Positions 50,501 to 62,353 of a stretch of 64,000 bases of DNA are shown here, piece after piece. The stretch is from NCBI GenBank assembly GCA_002633005.1, contig NMRA01000418.1, forward strand, positions 340,878-404,877, read 5' to 3'. A model generated the notes under the pieces. The model worked only from the letters and a program-made list of their open reading frames with translations, was not told the origin of the DNA and ran no database searches. Each line of letters begins with the position of its first letter. The first letter of the stretch is position 1. This DNA is from Phoronis australis (Eukaryota > Animalia > Phoronida). The translations under genes were made by a program, and so were the position numbers.

Positions 50501-52434
50501 GTTCTTTTGTGTTACCATGCTACTTCACAACAACTTGAAATTTGACAAGAGGCACTGAAGCAAGAAGAGAGTCTGGGACATGAAGAAACTACAGTTGTCT
50601 CTTGGAGCCGAAACTTGCGCAGTTTTGCCATTTGCGCATGCAAAGGCTCTCCCATTCAAGAAACTGCATGATCGAGAATTTTGCGAAAACGCTAGAGAAT
50701 TCACTAGACCCAAGCAGCTGAAGCAAGACATATTTGAAGCTGGTAAGAGTTGTGTCTATGTCTGGCTCTGGAAAGTTGGAGGACTCGCGATGCAGGCGAT
50801 TTGTAGATGAGGTGTCAGACTAGCTCCAGTTTAAATACAGTCATTACCACCAACTTTCTTCAGTAGCTAAATTCCATTGGGCCGGGACATATTATCAAGA
50901 GGAAGAGGGGTCAAGTTTCCGTGGCAGTGGCCTAGACTCGCTGAACTGGGGACAGCTGCTGGCAGGCAGGTCGAAAATTCATTCGCAAGACGACGGACCA
51001 GTCAGCAGCACCAGAGAACCTGCTGGAAGTAGTAAGATGCTCATGTAAGACCAACTGCAGTTCCAAAAGATGTTCTTGCCAGAAGTTAGGATTGCGTGCT
51101 GGGTTGCATGTGGAGAATACTGGTTTAAGCTTCAACAATTCATTCTCAGTTCACAGAGATAAGTTGTGTAAATACTGGTTGATTGTGTACAGATTTTGAT
51201 CTCAGACTGAGAATGACTGCTTCAGACAGACTTGTAACATCACTAAAGGGACGCCTAGTGGGAGCTGTGCAAGCACTTATATTATGAAGTGTTTAACTTG
51301 CTTAACCTTTCTCCTGTCTCAACTATTGCTGTATTCACTAGCATTTACAACTAACTGGAGGTGACACAGACGGTGTGGATAGTAGATCACTAAATTAATC
51401 ACTGAAAGTTATTTTCGATTCAGCACATTTTTTCAGGAGGAGAATGATCTTCCTTCTAGGCGAACCTGATGTTTTTCACTCAAATAAGTTATTATTCGTT
51501 AAACAATCTTGAAAATGGAAGTCGTAATCATCAGATCCAGACAAAAAAATACCGTAATGGTCGTGCTGACCTAGAAAAACTCAGGATATGAATTCTGTGA
51601 AGATGGCGTGTCTCTGGAATCTGAAGATCTTACATGAAACAACTATTTGGTGGCCATCTAAGAAAATGGTGAAAGGAATCATCAGAGCCAAATGCAACGA
51701 GTCCCAATGGAATTGTCGACCCAGAAAACTTTCAATGTTTGAAGCAAGACGACATACATGTACTAATCTGTTCGTGCGAAGTTGTGCGACTCTAAACAGT
51801 TTTGGAGGCCATCTTGGAAAATGGCGGATGGTGTCACCACAGCCATGCAAAACTATTTCCAATTAATTTGTTGACTGACAAAAGATAGGTAAACCTTTTG
51901 AATTTATATTCTATCACATTTCATTCTCGAGTTATAATGGTCATCTGCAAATCCATTTTGTCCGCCATCTTTGAAATGGTGGAAGTAACCATTAGAGCCA
52001 AATGCCATGGGTCTCAATGGATTAGTCAACCCAGAAAACCTACGATGCAATATTTGAAGCAAGACGACACACTAATCTGTTCGTGCAAAGTTGTGCGACT
52101 CGAAGTACTTTTGTACTTTTGGCGGCCAACTTGGAAAATGGTAGACGGCGTCACCACAACCATGCAAAACTATTTCCAAGGAATTTGTTGACCCATGAAA
52201 GATAGATACATGTAAACCTTTTTGAGTTTTTACTCTATCACATGCCACTCTCGAGTTATAATAGTCATCTGCAATGCTGGCGGCCGTTTTGTCCGCCATC
52301 TTGAAAAACCAACTTCCGCCACTCCGATTCAGGTAGTCTTTTTTCTCACACTAAGGGGTGTGAGGGGATACGATTTATGCAATAAAACCTTTTGTTGCAT
52401 TTTTTTCCGGGACATCCGTAGAATGACTAGACTA
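47529..52434 (+). mobile_element. Decayed Academ DNA transposon with long TIRs
   Basis: Transposase remnants RLGRFHTEMSFLGCIG (~48635), WESHLKAVSEMLPYFAAAGHNSYA (~49410), DLVIEQTFMK, GDADVLI...DDTELLVLL (~50410) and CXC-like RCSCKTNCSSKRCSC (~51035). 47529-47695 is an imperfect inverted repeat of ~52280-52434, which ends in ...GACTA. Confidence 0.8.
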
Positions 52435-53725
52435 TGCATGTAAGTATTTTTTGCCGTTTTTGTAGTCGGCTGCGGCTCAGCACCGGAATTAATGCTACAT
52501 ATTTTCGGTAATAAATACGCATTTTTGGCAATAAAATAATAATTAAGTTTCAAATCTTAGGTTTGCGTTACACACACGTGTAGTGGAATGAGTATTCCGA
52601 TTGAGTGAATAGGATACAGCCGTGCCGTTATCAGGTTGACTGGCAAAGCAACATTTACATAGTCCAGCTCTCTTATTGTCTGCTTTCATCTGATAAGCGT
52701 AATCCAGCATTATGTTGTAAACAGCACACTTGCTAACCGCTATTTAACATACTGTTTGCAAACGACTTTCAACAAATGTCGTCAAGCACATGTGTTTTGT
52801 ATGAAATGCTTTCACCAAAAAACTTCGGATGGAGAAAAAAGGTCGACTTTCAGAAAATTCTGACTTAACTTTCATTTGTCGATTCCTTTGATTTGGTAAA
52901 TTTAGCAGATCTTGACTAATAAATCTCTTTCATAAAGCGAGGTTTTGTTACCCTGTTACCCTTGTCAATTCCCAACAATTTGAAGCAAGATTTAAGACTC
53001 TTCAAAAAATTTGTACACTCACCAAGCGTAACCACGGACTTTGAAACTGAAGGACTGTGACAGCAGGGTGTACCATAGAGTCATACTTGCGGGCATCATA
53101 TCGTACGCCTGAACCAACGTAAGACGCATGTATTCGAACCCATGAATTAAGTTTACATGTACTCACAAAAATATTGCGCACATATCATAACAATCCCATG
53201 TCCGACCACAGATACATTCGCAACAACATCGAATCACACACACGGAAATGTTTTCCTCTGGTGGTTCGTGCTTATGGTTCAGATGCTCTAACGTACATTT
53301 ATGCTTTGCGTTCACATGAGTCATTTTTTGGGTTCGTATGTGTTGAGTGATAGCTTAAACATAGTTACATGTAGTTTATTTAGTTTCCCATAGATGGCGC
53401 TTGCCTACTTACTTTGTTACGTCAGAGGTCAATTTTAGAACTTAAAAGCTCTACTCAAAATGCTGATTTTGCATTCACAAAATCACTTATCGCAACAGTA
53501 TGCATGATTCATGGGCTTGTATGCACGTTTCCTAGGATTGTAGGTGGTTCATGCTTAAGACGCGATGTTCGTGCGTATGATTCTACGGTACCCTGGATTC
53601 AACGCCCAGTTTTGGCCTGTTAACATATCTTGCCTGCTCTTCAACGGCTATAGAATTGTCATGAAGGAATATATTGTTACCTTGTTAGAGCACATCACGG
53701 GCAATTCGGAAATCTGTCGACGACT

Positions 53726-54552
53726 CATAGGCGGATTTAGGGGGGGGGGTCCAGGAGGCAGGCCCCCCCCCCCTTGGCTGCCGCAAAAAATAAAACAGTA
53801 ATAGCGTAGGGAAATGGTGAGTTTATTAATTAACCCCGGTAATTAAAATTATACGGATTAAAAAGATTTAAATGTGTGCTGTTTCAGTGTTTGGGGGGGG
53901 GGGGGGCACAAACCAAATTTCANNNNNNNNNNNNNNNNNNNNNNNNNNNNNNNNNNNNNNNNNNNNNNNNNNNNNNNNNNNNNNNNNNNNNNNNNNNNNN
54001 NNNNNNNNNNNNNNNNNNNNNNNNNNNNNNNNNNNNNNNNNNNNNNNNNNNNNNNNNNNNNNNNNNNNNNNNNNNNNNNNNNNNNNNNNNNNNNNNNNNN
54101 NNNNNNNNNNNNNNNNNNNNNNNNNNNNNNNNNNNNNNNNNNNNNNNNNNNNNNNNNNNNNNNNNNNNNNNNNNNNNNNNNNNNNNNNNNNNNNNNNNNN
54201 NNNNNNNNNNNNNNNNNNNNNNNNNNNNNNNNNNNNNNNNNNNNNNNNNNNNNNNNNNNNNNNNNNNNNNNNNNNNNNNNNNNNNNNNNNNNNNNNNNNN
54301 NNNNNNNNNNNNNNNNNNNNNNNNNNNNNNNNNNNNNNNNNNNNNNNNNNNNNNNNNNNNNNNNNNNNNNNNNNNNNNNNNNNNNNNNNNNNNNNNNNNN
54401 NNNNNNNNNNNNNNNNNNNNNNNNNNNNCCCCCCTGCCGACCTCCCCCCATTCGGTGCTATGCGTATCTACAATCGTGGTTCAGTTTGCGCAAATGCTTA
54501 CAGCCGGACAAAATGTTGGGCCCCCCCTTGTGATATCCTAGATCCGCCACTG
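53726..54552. mobile_element. Non-autonomous DNA transposon with 5-bp TSD (spans the assembly gap)
   Basis: Imperfect TIRs CATAGGCGGATTTAGG / CCTAGATCCGCCACTG. CGACT direct repeats at 53721-25 and 54553-57. Absent from copy A (~2341). Confidence 0.75.
53923..54428. other. Assembly gap (506 N)
   Basis: Run of N flanked by G/C homopolymer-rich sequence. Confidence 1.
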
Positions 54553-54723
54553 CGACTAGTGGACGACGATCGTGTAGCCGACCAGCAGCCAGCAATAAAG
54601 GTCTGCTAAGAGTCGTCAGCTGAGTCAGCTCAACGGTTGGCCATTGAGTCAGCAATCAGGTCGCTTAGTTGAGACAACAAAGTCAGACTACGCGTATCCC
54701 AAGTTGGCAATTACTAGCTTCAA

Positions 54724-57430
54724 TGTCATGTTTTTGCCCGTGTGTGGGTGGGCACGTGTGCTCGCCAACCGTCACATTTCCCTCTTGACTTGCAATGAAC
54801 TTACACTCCCTGATTCAAATAACCTGCTTTCCTTGTAACTGGCTCTCTATTGACTCTAGTTGAAAATTATAATTGTCTTCACTCTCTCTTGTAACTAACT
54901 TACAACTTTTAACTGACCTTCACAAACTCGTGGTTATAGACTCATGCAATGTTCACATTCTAGAGCTTTCCGGATTCTAAGCAATCATTCTACAAGGATA
55001 TACTAGGCTCTAAAATGCTCCAGATTACCTTAATTAATTACATGCTATAATCTTACCGAATTTTCCACACTATTCTTTTTTGTTTTGACCTCAGGGGACA
55101 TGCCAGTCAATAAATATCTGCCAGAACACAAAATAGCACAAATTAATAAAACTAACAGACTCAGACCATTGCTGACAACACTCCTTTGCCGAAGAGAAAA
55201 ATTTTCTAACAATCATCTGGTACAAATATATTAGCTTCAGCTTCTGAGTCCTTCTCTAAATTAAGTGCTACCTGTCTTGGCTCCCTTAGTCGACCAAAAT
55301 AATCTTCTCCAACGTTAGACAATCCCGGGATATCTTTCACATGGAATATATAATTCTGCAGGCCATAGCACATCGCACAACTCTGGTTCTTTCAATCTAG
55401 CAGGGCTTTCCCGTATAGATAAATCTTGGACACTGTAGATTTCTTTGTAATTTTTAGGCCAAGCTCTAAACCGCCCTAATCAAAAAGGGTGTCTTCATTA
55501 GTCTCACATTCTTCCATTAACACCGCGCCGATCACTTCATCTTAGTCTGCGATGTTGTCAGCCAAGTAAAACGCCTTCAACAGATTGGCATAAAAGATCT
55601 TAATCTTGCCGTACATGTTGATTCTGTAGTCCATACGGTTAACTACTTCTGTAACTTCGTATGACCACTTCTACTGCATTGCAAGCTTGTTGTGGTCTGA
55701 GGGAAATTATTCCAAAACTCTCTGTCCCAGTTGGAATTGCCTACCTCTGGCCTCCTTGCCGTAGGAATTCTTGGAAATACCCTACGCATTATAATTTTTT
55801 CTAGCTAACTCGCGGTTCCTGAACTCGAAGACATAGTGGGGAGTATTTCTGACTTTGTTGTTGTCTTCCCCAGTCTGAGGTTCGTTCAGTTCATGCATCG
55901 GATTTTTCAGTGTTCTTTCGTGTAGCAACTCTAAGGGTGAAAGTCCTGCGCTTGATTAGAGAATTCCAAGGTAAGCAAACAGGGCAGCCAGTGATCATTC
56001 TTGGCACATTTCCTTCAGCGTGGCTTTCAGTACACCGTTTAGTCTCTCGCAACGTTGCTTGTAATGTGATGTATACAGCCGATGTGCAATCACAGGCCTC
56101 TGACCTCCTTCATCAATGCCGCTGTCAACTGCGTCCTACGATCACTCAGGATCTCTGGTAGGAGCCCTACTGTATTGAAGACCTTTAACAATGCTTCAAA
56201 TACACGCTCTGTCTCAATCTTCGGTAGCACTACAGCTTCCGGGTACCTGGTGGCAAAATGTACCACCGTGAGAATGTATTTGTTTCCCTTGTCGGAAACT
56301 GGAGCTATAGGGCTAAGCAGAACAATGGCGATAGTTCTGGAAGGCTCCTCTATCAAAGGCATCTCTCCCACCGGTATCTTGGTTTCTCGACCTTTCAGGA
56401 ATCGTCTTCTGACAGATGTCGCATGATCTGAACAATTGGGCCATGTCTGGTGCCACTCCTGGCTAATAGAAGTTGCTGGTAATACGGTCAGTTGTCTTTC
56501 TAACACCAAGATGTCCACCAAGTACGGGCGAGCCCCTTCACGGACTTTCGTAAATTGCTCGACAGGACAATTTGTGTCAATTTGTCACTGTCTTTTTTCT
56601 TGAACAAGCGATACAGAATTCCTCTCTGGTCTTCAATCCCCTATGGCTTCTTTCCTTCGGTATGTCGTTGAGCCTTGACTTCAGGTTGTACAAAAGCTTT
56701 TTTAATGATGGCCGGAGATGTAGCTTGTGGTTTAATCTCCGCTTTTTTGTTCTGCCTGAGCCCTGGTAGTCACTGCGACCGATTTCCTGCTAGAGTCACC
56801 AGGATCCATTCCTACTGCAAATCAGCAATCTTCAGGTCACTGGGTTCTTCTCTTGAGATGTAGTGCCCAATTGACAGTCATCTTTTACACCCTCCACCGC
56901 ACCATAAGTTCGCAAGCCTACTCAAACAAAACGTTCGACGTAATGATTGTTCAATGACCCAGCCAGTGCTGAGAACCCTTGACTGATAATGAACTTCTGA
57001 GACACTTCCAGCAACTGTTACACTCGCTGAATCAAATGACCTGTTGTCTTTGTAACTGGCTCTCTATTGACTCTTCTTGAAACTTATAATTGTCTTCACT
57101 CCATCAATGTTGCAACTAACTTTCAGCTTTTAAATGACAGTCACAAATCCGTGCATTCGTATTGATAGTCACATGCAACGTTCTACTCTACTTTTCTCGA
57201 ACTGTAAAACATTCTAGAACTTTCCGGAATCTCCTTAATCATTCCACAAACACATACTACGCTCTAGAATGTCCCGGATTACATTTAACTCTCACATGCT
57301 AGGATCTCTTTGAATGTTCCAGACTCTTCTTTGGTAAACAAATTGCATCATCTCTGTTATGGCCTTACGTCAATAATTATGTGCCAGAAAAGCAAAATGA
57401 GTAATAAGGCAAAATAATAAAACTAACAAT
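54724..57430 (-). mobile_element. Decayed Gypsy (Gmr1-like) element, copy B
   Basis: LTR 54724-55177. Integrase ORF 56090-56521 (ATRYPEA...PEILSDRRTQLTAALMKEV). A second, truncated LTR-like block at ~56908-57430 is missing from copy A. Confidence 0.8.
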
Positions 57431-60400
57431 GTTACTCCGCTTTTTACATTCATCAATGAACTTACCGTCGATTGAAAGCGGGTACTATACCATTAGAGAT
57501 TGACGTGGTGTGGTAGTCCTGAATTCCCTTGAATAAATGGATTTGTTACATGTATGTTTGTAAAAGTGGATTTGAGGGTGATATGCATTTGATTGTGAAA
57601 CATTTACTCGTGTTCGAGCATCTTGTGCAACATGTTTTGCTGTACCTCAAATATTCCGAAATAAATTGAAAGGTCTAGCAAATATCATTGAAGACACTTG
57701 GTTACAAGTAATTATTTGTTTGTAAACTAGTCTGGAGTTGCTATTATCAGGAGACTGAGTAAGCCCATTGATGCGGGGGTGTGGTGAATAATCTGTATTT
57801 GAGATCGCGTATTTACTAGCTCTCTTAAAAATATATGTCACTATAATAAATCAATATTAATGAAAATACAGTAAGCCAAACAAGGCATCGAAATTTTTGT
57901 TGTTCATTATCCAGTAGCCACTCCAGTCTTAAATCCACGAAGTGTCAACTTCCTCTCGACTATTAAACATTGCATAATAGAATGTACTTTAATGTCATGA
58001 AATTAGAACAAAGTACTCGTTCTTGCGGCATTACAAACGTAGTGGTAAAATCAATCGAATGATCTTGCAGTGTTTGAAGTCCGCCTAAATGGAAGGGGTT
58101 GATATTCAGAAAAAACCCTTCAGTGTTAAACTCACACATCTTAATTACTGCGTTTTCTTCGATGGCATTAAAATAAAGCATCTTGATTCAAAGAACAATA
58201 CCGTGACGTCAACATTCAGTTCTACGATACAGTCATATCTGTCATTTTGGAGCTTTTGAGCTTGAGATCGTGACTGTGTGATTTCACAATGAAAACTTAA
58301 AGACGTCACTTTTGGATCAATATCCAAATGACTCTTTTAAACGAAATTATGGAAAAACTAATGTCATGACATTCGCTCAGTTTCTCATATCAAAAGTACA
58401 TAAAAGACGACATGTCCAACATTAGAATATGAGAATAAGTCGCATGAGTAATGGATCTGAATCAATGTCCCGAGACTGGGGGCTGAGAGTATTGCCTCCT
58501 GTTCAGTACCTGATAATTCACCAAACCACTGCATCTTAAATAGCTGAGCAGTTCTAAATATCTATGGTTGTAAAGACTGTAAAAGTTCGCGTAAAGGAAT
58601 CGTGGAAAAGCATATTGATGAAACTTTGGCAAGAACATGCCTCGGAGTGTCAAGAGACTACAAATTTCGAAAGAAGAGAAATCATATAACATAGATTGTA
58701 TTTCTGGATTGAAGGTGCGTCACTGTAAGAATGAAGACACAGTAGAGCAATGGCCCCTCGGTGCACGGGATCTTCGGAATTAAGGGCTCGCTGATATCCT
58801 AGTTTCCTAATTTCTTGAAGCATTTCCTAAGCACTTGAAGTCAGTGTTTCAAAAATCACAGAATAGTTCAAACAGGATAACATACTGCTGCACAACTCAT
58901 GTGCGCTATTTTCCATAAAAGTGACCACAGGACTGAACTTACTCTTAAAAATAGGAAATTCGGAAGAAATATACAGTTTTGAGCAGCAGGTCGACATTCG
59001 TTGATAAAAATGACGCTGTTAATTTTTGACGTGTGACTCGGTCGTAACGTTAATAGGTGGGTGTTGAAAGTTTTCTATTGTACATGTATTGCAGAAACTC
59101 TAGCTTGAAAACCAACTATTAAACAAATGGCGATTTAACACAATATGCAAAACTTGTTGATAAAAACACTACTCAGAACGCCAGTGAAGTTCCATGAGTT
59201 TACCTTTTTGATAACGAGGAAAGGAAGGTGGAACCTGCATATTTCCTGTAGGTAACTAAGCTAAGAGACGTGACTTTCTGATCGTGACAGATTGAAGCCA
59301 ACAATCACGTACTTCTCTTTATACAGTATAGGACTGTTAATATTTCAAATTCTTTGCCATCACTTTTTGAAACCACACATTCCAGGTATGGATCCAGATG
59401 GCGACGGATCGCCTTCCTCTGCAATCTTTGTGTTGCACCGATATGACCATAAAGCGGCCCTAGGTATGTCCATTAGCATCTTCCAAGAATTTGACATGTA
59501 TATTAAAATTGAGTCTAGAAGGAGGGTTGCAATACACCGTGAGATGTGCGTTACAAATGTTCTCCTTTTTGGAACTCTGCATAAATGGAAGTGTTAATTT
59601 TGCACCACATTGATCTAAACCCGTCCTGTATCACAACTGGGGCAACAATTTCAATTAAGTATTGTTATTATTTTCGGCTGTATCTTTTGAGATCATTGAC
59701 GAACCTTGATGAGAATTGGCCATCTGGAAGCAGTTACGGAGGTGACGGTGACTTTCTGTTTTGGGGTTGATACGCCATATCTTTTGCAACCTCTTTGCCA
59801 TTTGTACGATTTGTGAGTAAATTTTTACCCACATGTATTTATCTGCAAAACCACTTAAATAATCATGAAAATCGTTAGATGTGCCCATAAAGGAACACGA
59901 CAGGCGTTAATATTCGGACAGTTCAGACCATCCCACCCGTAGTGGCAGTTGCGTCGGAAGTTGAATCGTAAGCCCCAAGGAGGCTCTTTGTGACATCTCG
60001 TACGTACATTGGTTATCCCAGCCACCAAAGTACAAGTTTCAATCTATTTTGCAATTTACTTATTTTTGTTGTTGAAAACAAAAAGCTTGAAGACGGCTAA
60101 TATTACCCACTTCATTCTAGTGTTCCAGCAGCAAAAATGAATGAGTTTAGAGCACAATTACCGTGGTATACCCGAATTTCAAATTTACTTCACCACCAAA
60201 ACATGCAGGCACCTACCAGGAAATGCGGCCTTTGCTTTCCTGTATTTCACGGCGTATTAAATTTGAATGTCTGTACATGTACTTACACACTTACATGGGA
60301 TACACATGTACATAAAGTACATTAATACTTACATAGTACTTAAATACACAAATACATAGTACATGTACATACATATATATACATATATGTGTGGGTGTGT

Positions 60401-61947
60401 GTGTGTATGTGTGTGTGAGTGTGTGTGTGTGTGTGTGTTTGTGTGTTTCTGAGTACTATTTTTGACGCCCACATATAATGCTTTGAACGTCTTTCAATAC
60501 TCAATTCTTATTATTGTATATTGTAGCCCAGCTTCTCATACAGTTGCTCGGGTTATTGAAGTATTTAAATCTCCAATTCTACATCAAAACACCAAAACAA
60601 CCCACCAGTCGACCACTTAGCAAACTGTAACACCCGCAAAAGCTATCTAGCGGTATGTTAAAAGGATACTTAACCAGTTTTGTCGATTGCAACCAATTCT
60701 CGTTCTGTCACCTGCAATTGTCTCTTAGCGGTCCCTATGGATAGTAGAAGTACATGTATGATTTAACTAATAATTGTGCTTTTTATCAGAGGCTATATAT
60801 TATGGTTCTAGCTGGGTGATCTGTCCCTACAGTAAGTTGTTTAAAGCGTAGGTCACGTTTGCCGACTTTGTACTGAGACCTAAAAATTATTTTCCAACTG
60901 TTGAGGATTGTGATGATTTCAGAGAATTATTTTATTTCTGAAAAACGGATGGGAAAGTCGTTGTTAAGTATCAGGCAAAAGGCCGAAACTGAGTTTGGTA
61001 TACTTTTGCTGATCTCGAGTAATGCTTTATTGGTCGATACATCTTACGCTAAATAGATAAACAAATTACAACGTAATTCGTCCTCCACTGAGTTTAGTCG
61101 TGATATATCGCTGCTAATTTTTCCATGAATTGTGGTACATGTATACAATAAACAAAAGCGTTGCTTGTGTGGTGGTTGTGACAAATCGGTAACTGGTCAA
61201 TTTTCAGTTTTACAAAGTCACAAGATCAAACCTAACATGTGCCGATCCAGGATTTTTAAAGTCGTAGAGGTTAGAGCAAGGGATTTTTAGAAGGGTGACC
61301 AAGTCAACAAGATTTGATATCACTAAGATCAAGGGAAAAAGGCTGGTCCGACCCCTTGACCCCTTTGGATCCTCAAGGTAGTCTTCGGATTCCTCAGAAT
61401 ACGACAGGTCAAGCAATGTGTCGTTGTCGTAAGCCCTGCGGGTTTGACTGAAGACGGCATCTTTTGAATCTTTTAACTGAGTTCCTTCTACATCGGTCCC
61501 CTATTTAATGTTGCCGGGCAGGGACTCCCTTTACCCGCAAAAGTAAACACTAACATGACACATACATGTACATGGGCAATTATTATGCTGCGGCTAACTG
61601 TGAGCATGTACTGTACTTAATGTTTGCAAGTGTGTTCGGCTCAGGCATTACGTTTTTCCTGATGAGAAAAGCTTATAGACCTTCTTCTCAAATGTCTGCA
61701 CCGATTGCACATCTGTATACCGACAGGATGAAGGTTTCATAGTAGCACGTCGATAGTTTCTTAGTTGGGAGAATCCAGATCAACGCAGTACGGTGGCTTG
61801 AATATTTTAAACCTGGTTTTCCTAAACCCGCTCCCTGGTCTAACAACACCAGGCTTTCAGACTTTTAAACCACGTTGGTGAATTGCCACTTACAGTAGGT
61901 ATAACATTAGACCGGCTTTAGGAAACCAGATATCAATCTTAAACCTG

Positions 61948-62353
61948 GGCGCGGTCTCTAATCTTTGTACTCGAAACGAACACGAAATTATTTTTGGCAA
62001 TTTCTCAGCTCCTTTTGTGCGAACTCAAGATAATTGGTTATAAGACTGTGCTTGAATACATTATAGGTTACGCATATGAGTTTCTAGTCCAAGTTTGCAC
62101 GTGAAGACCCTTATATTCGTCTACAAACTCGAGTAACAACTCGAAATTTCGAGATCAAACTAGAACTTTTAGCCTTAATGTTGAGTTTATCAACTGCAAA
62201 CTACATGTGTGACTAATAAATTATCAAAGTAAGTTATTATGTACTTGAGTATAGGATAATAGACACTTATCTTGAGTTTGCACAAAAGTAAGGTAGAAAA
62301 TGCCAAACATAGTTTCGAGTTCTATTTCGAGTAAAAAGATTAGAGACTGGGCC
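61948..62353. mobile_element. Harbinger-like MITE, copy B
   Basis: Same TIRs as 9912-10304, with a perfect CTG TSD at 61945-47 and 62354-56. Confidence 0.75.

Noticed and set aside
53858-54609. Longest ORFs in the track (197-245 aa)
   Set aside because: They are artefacts of translating through the N gap.
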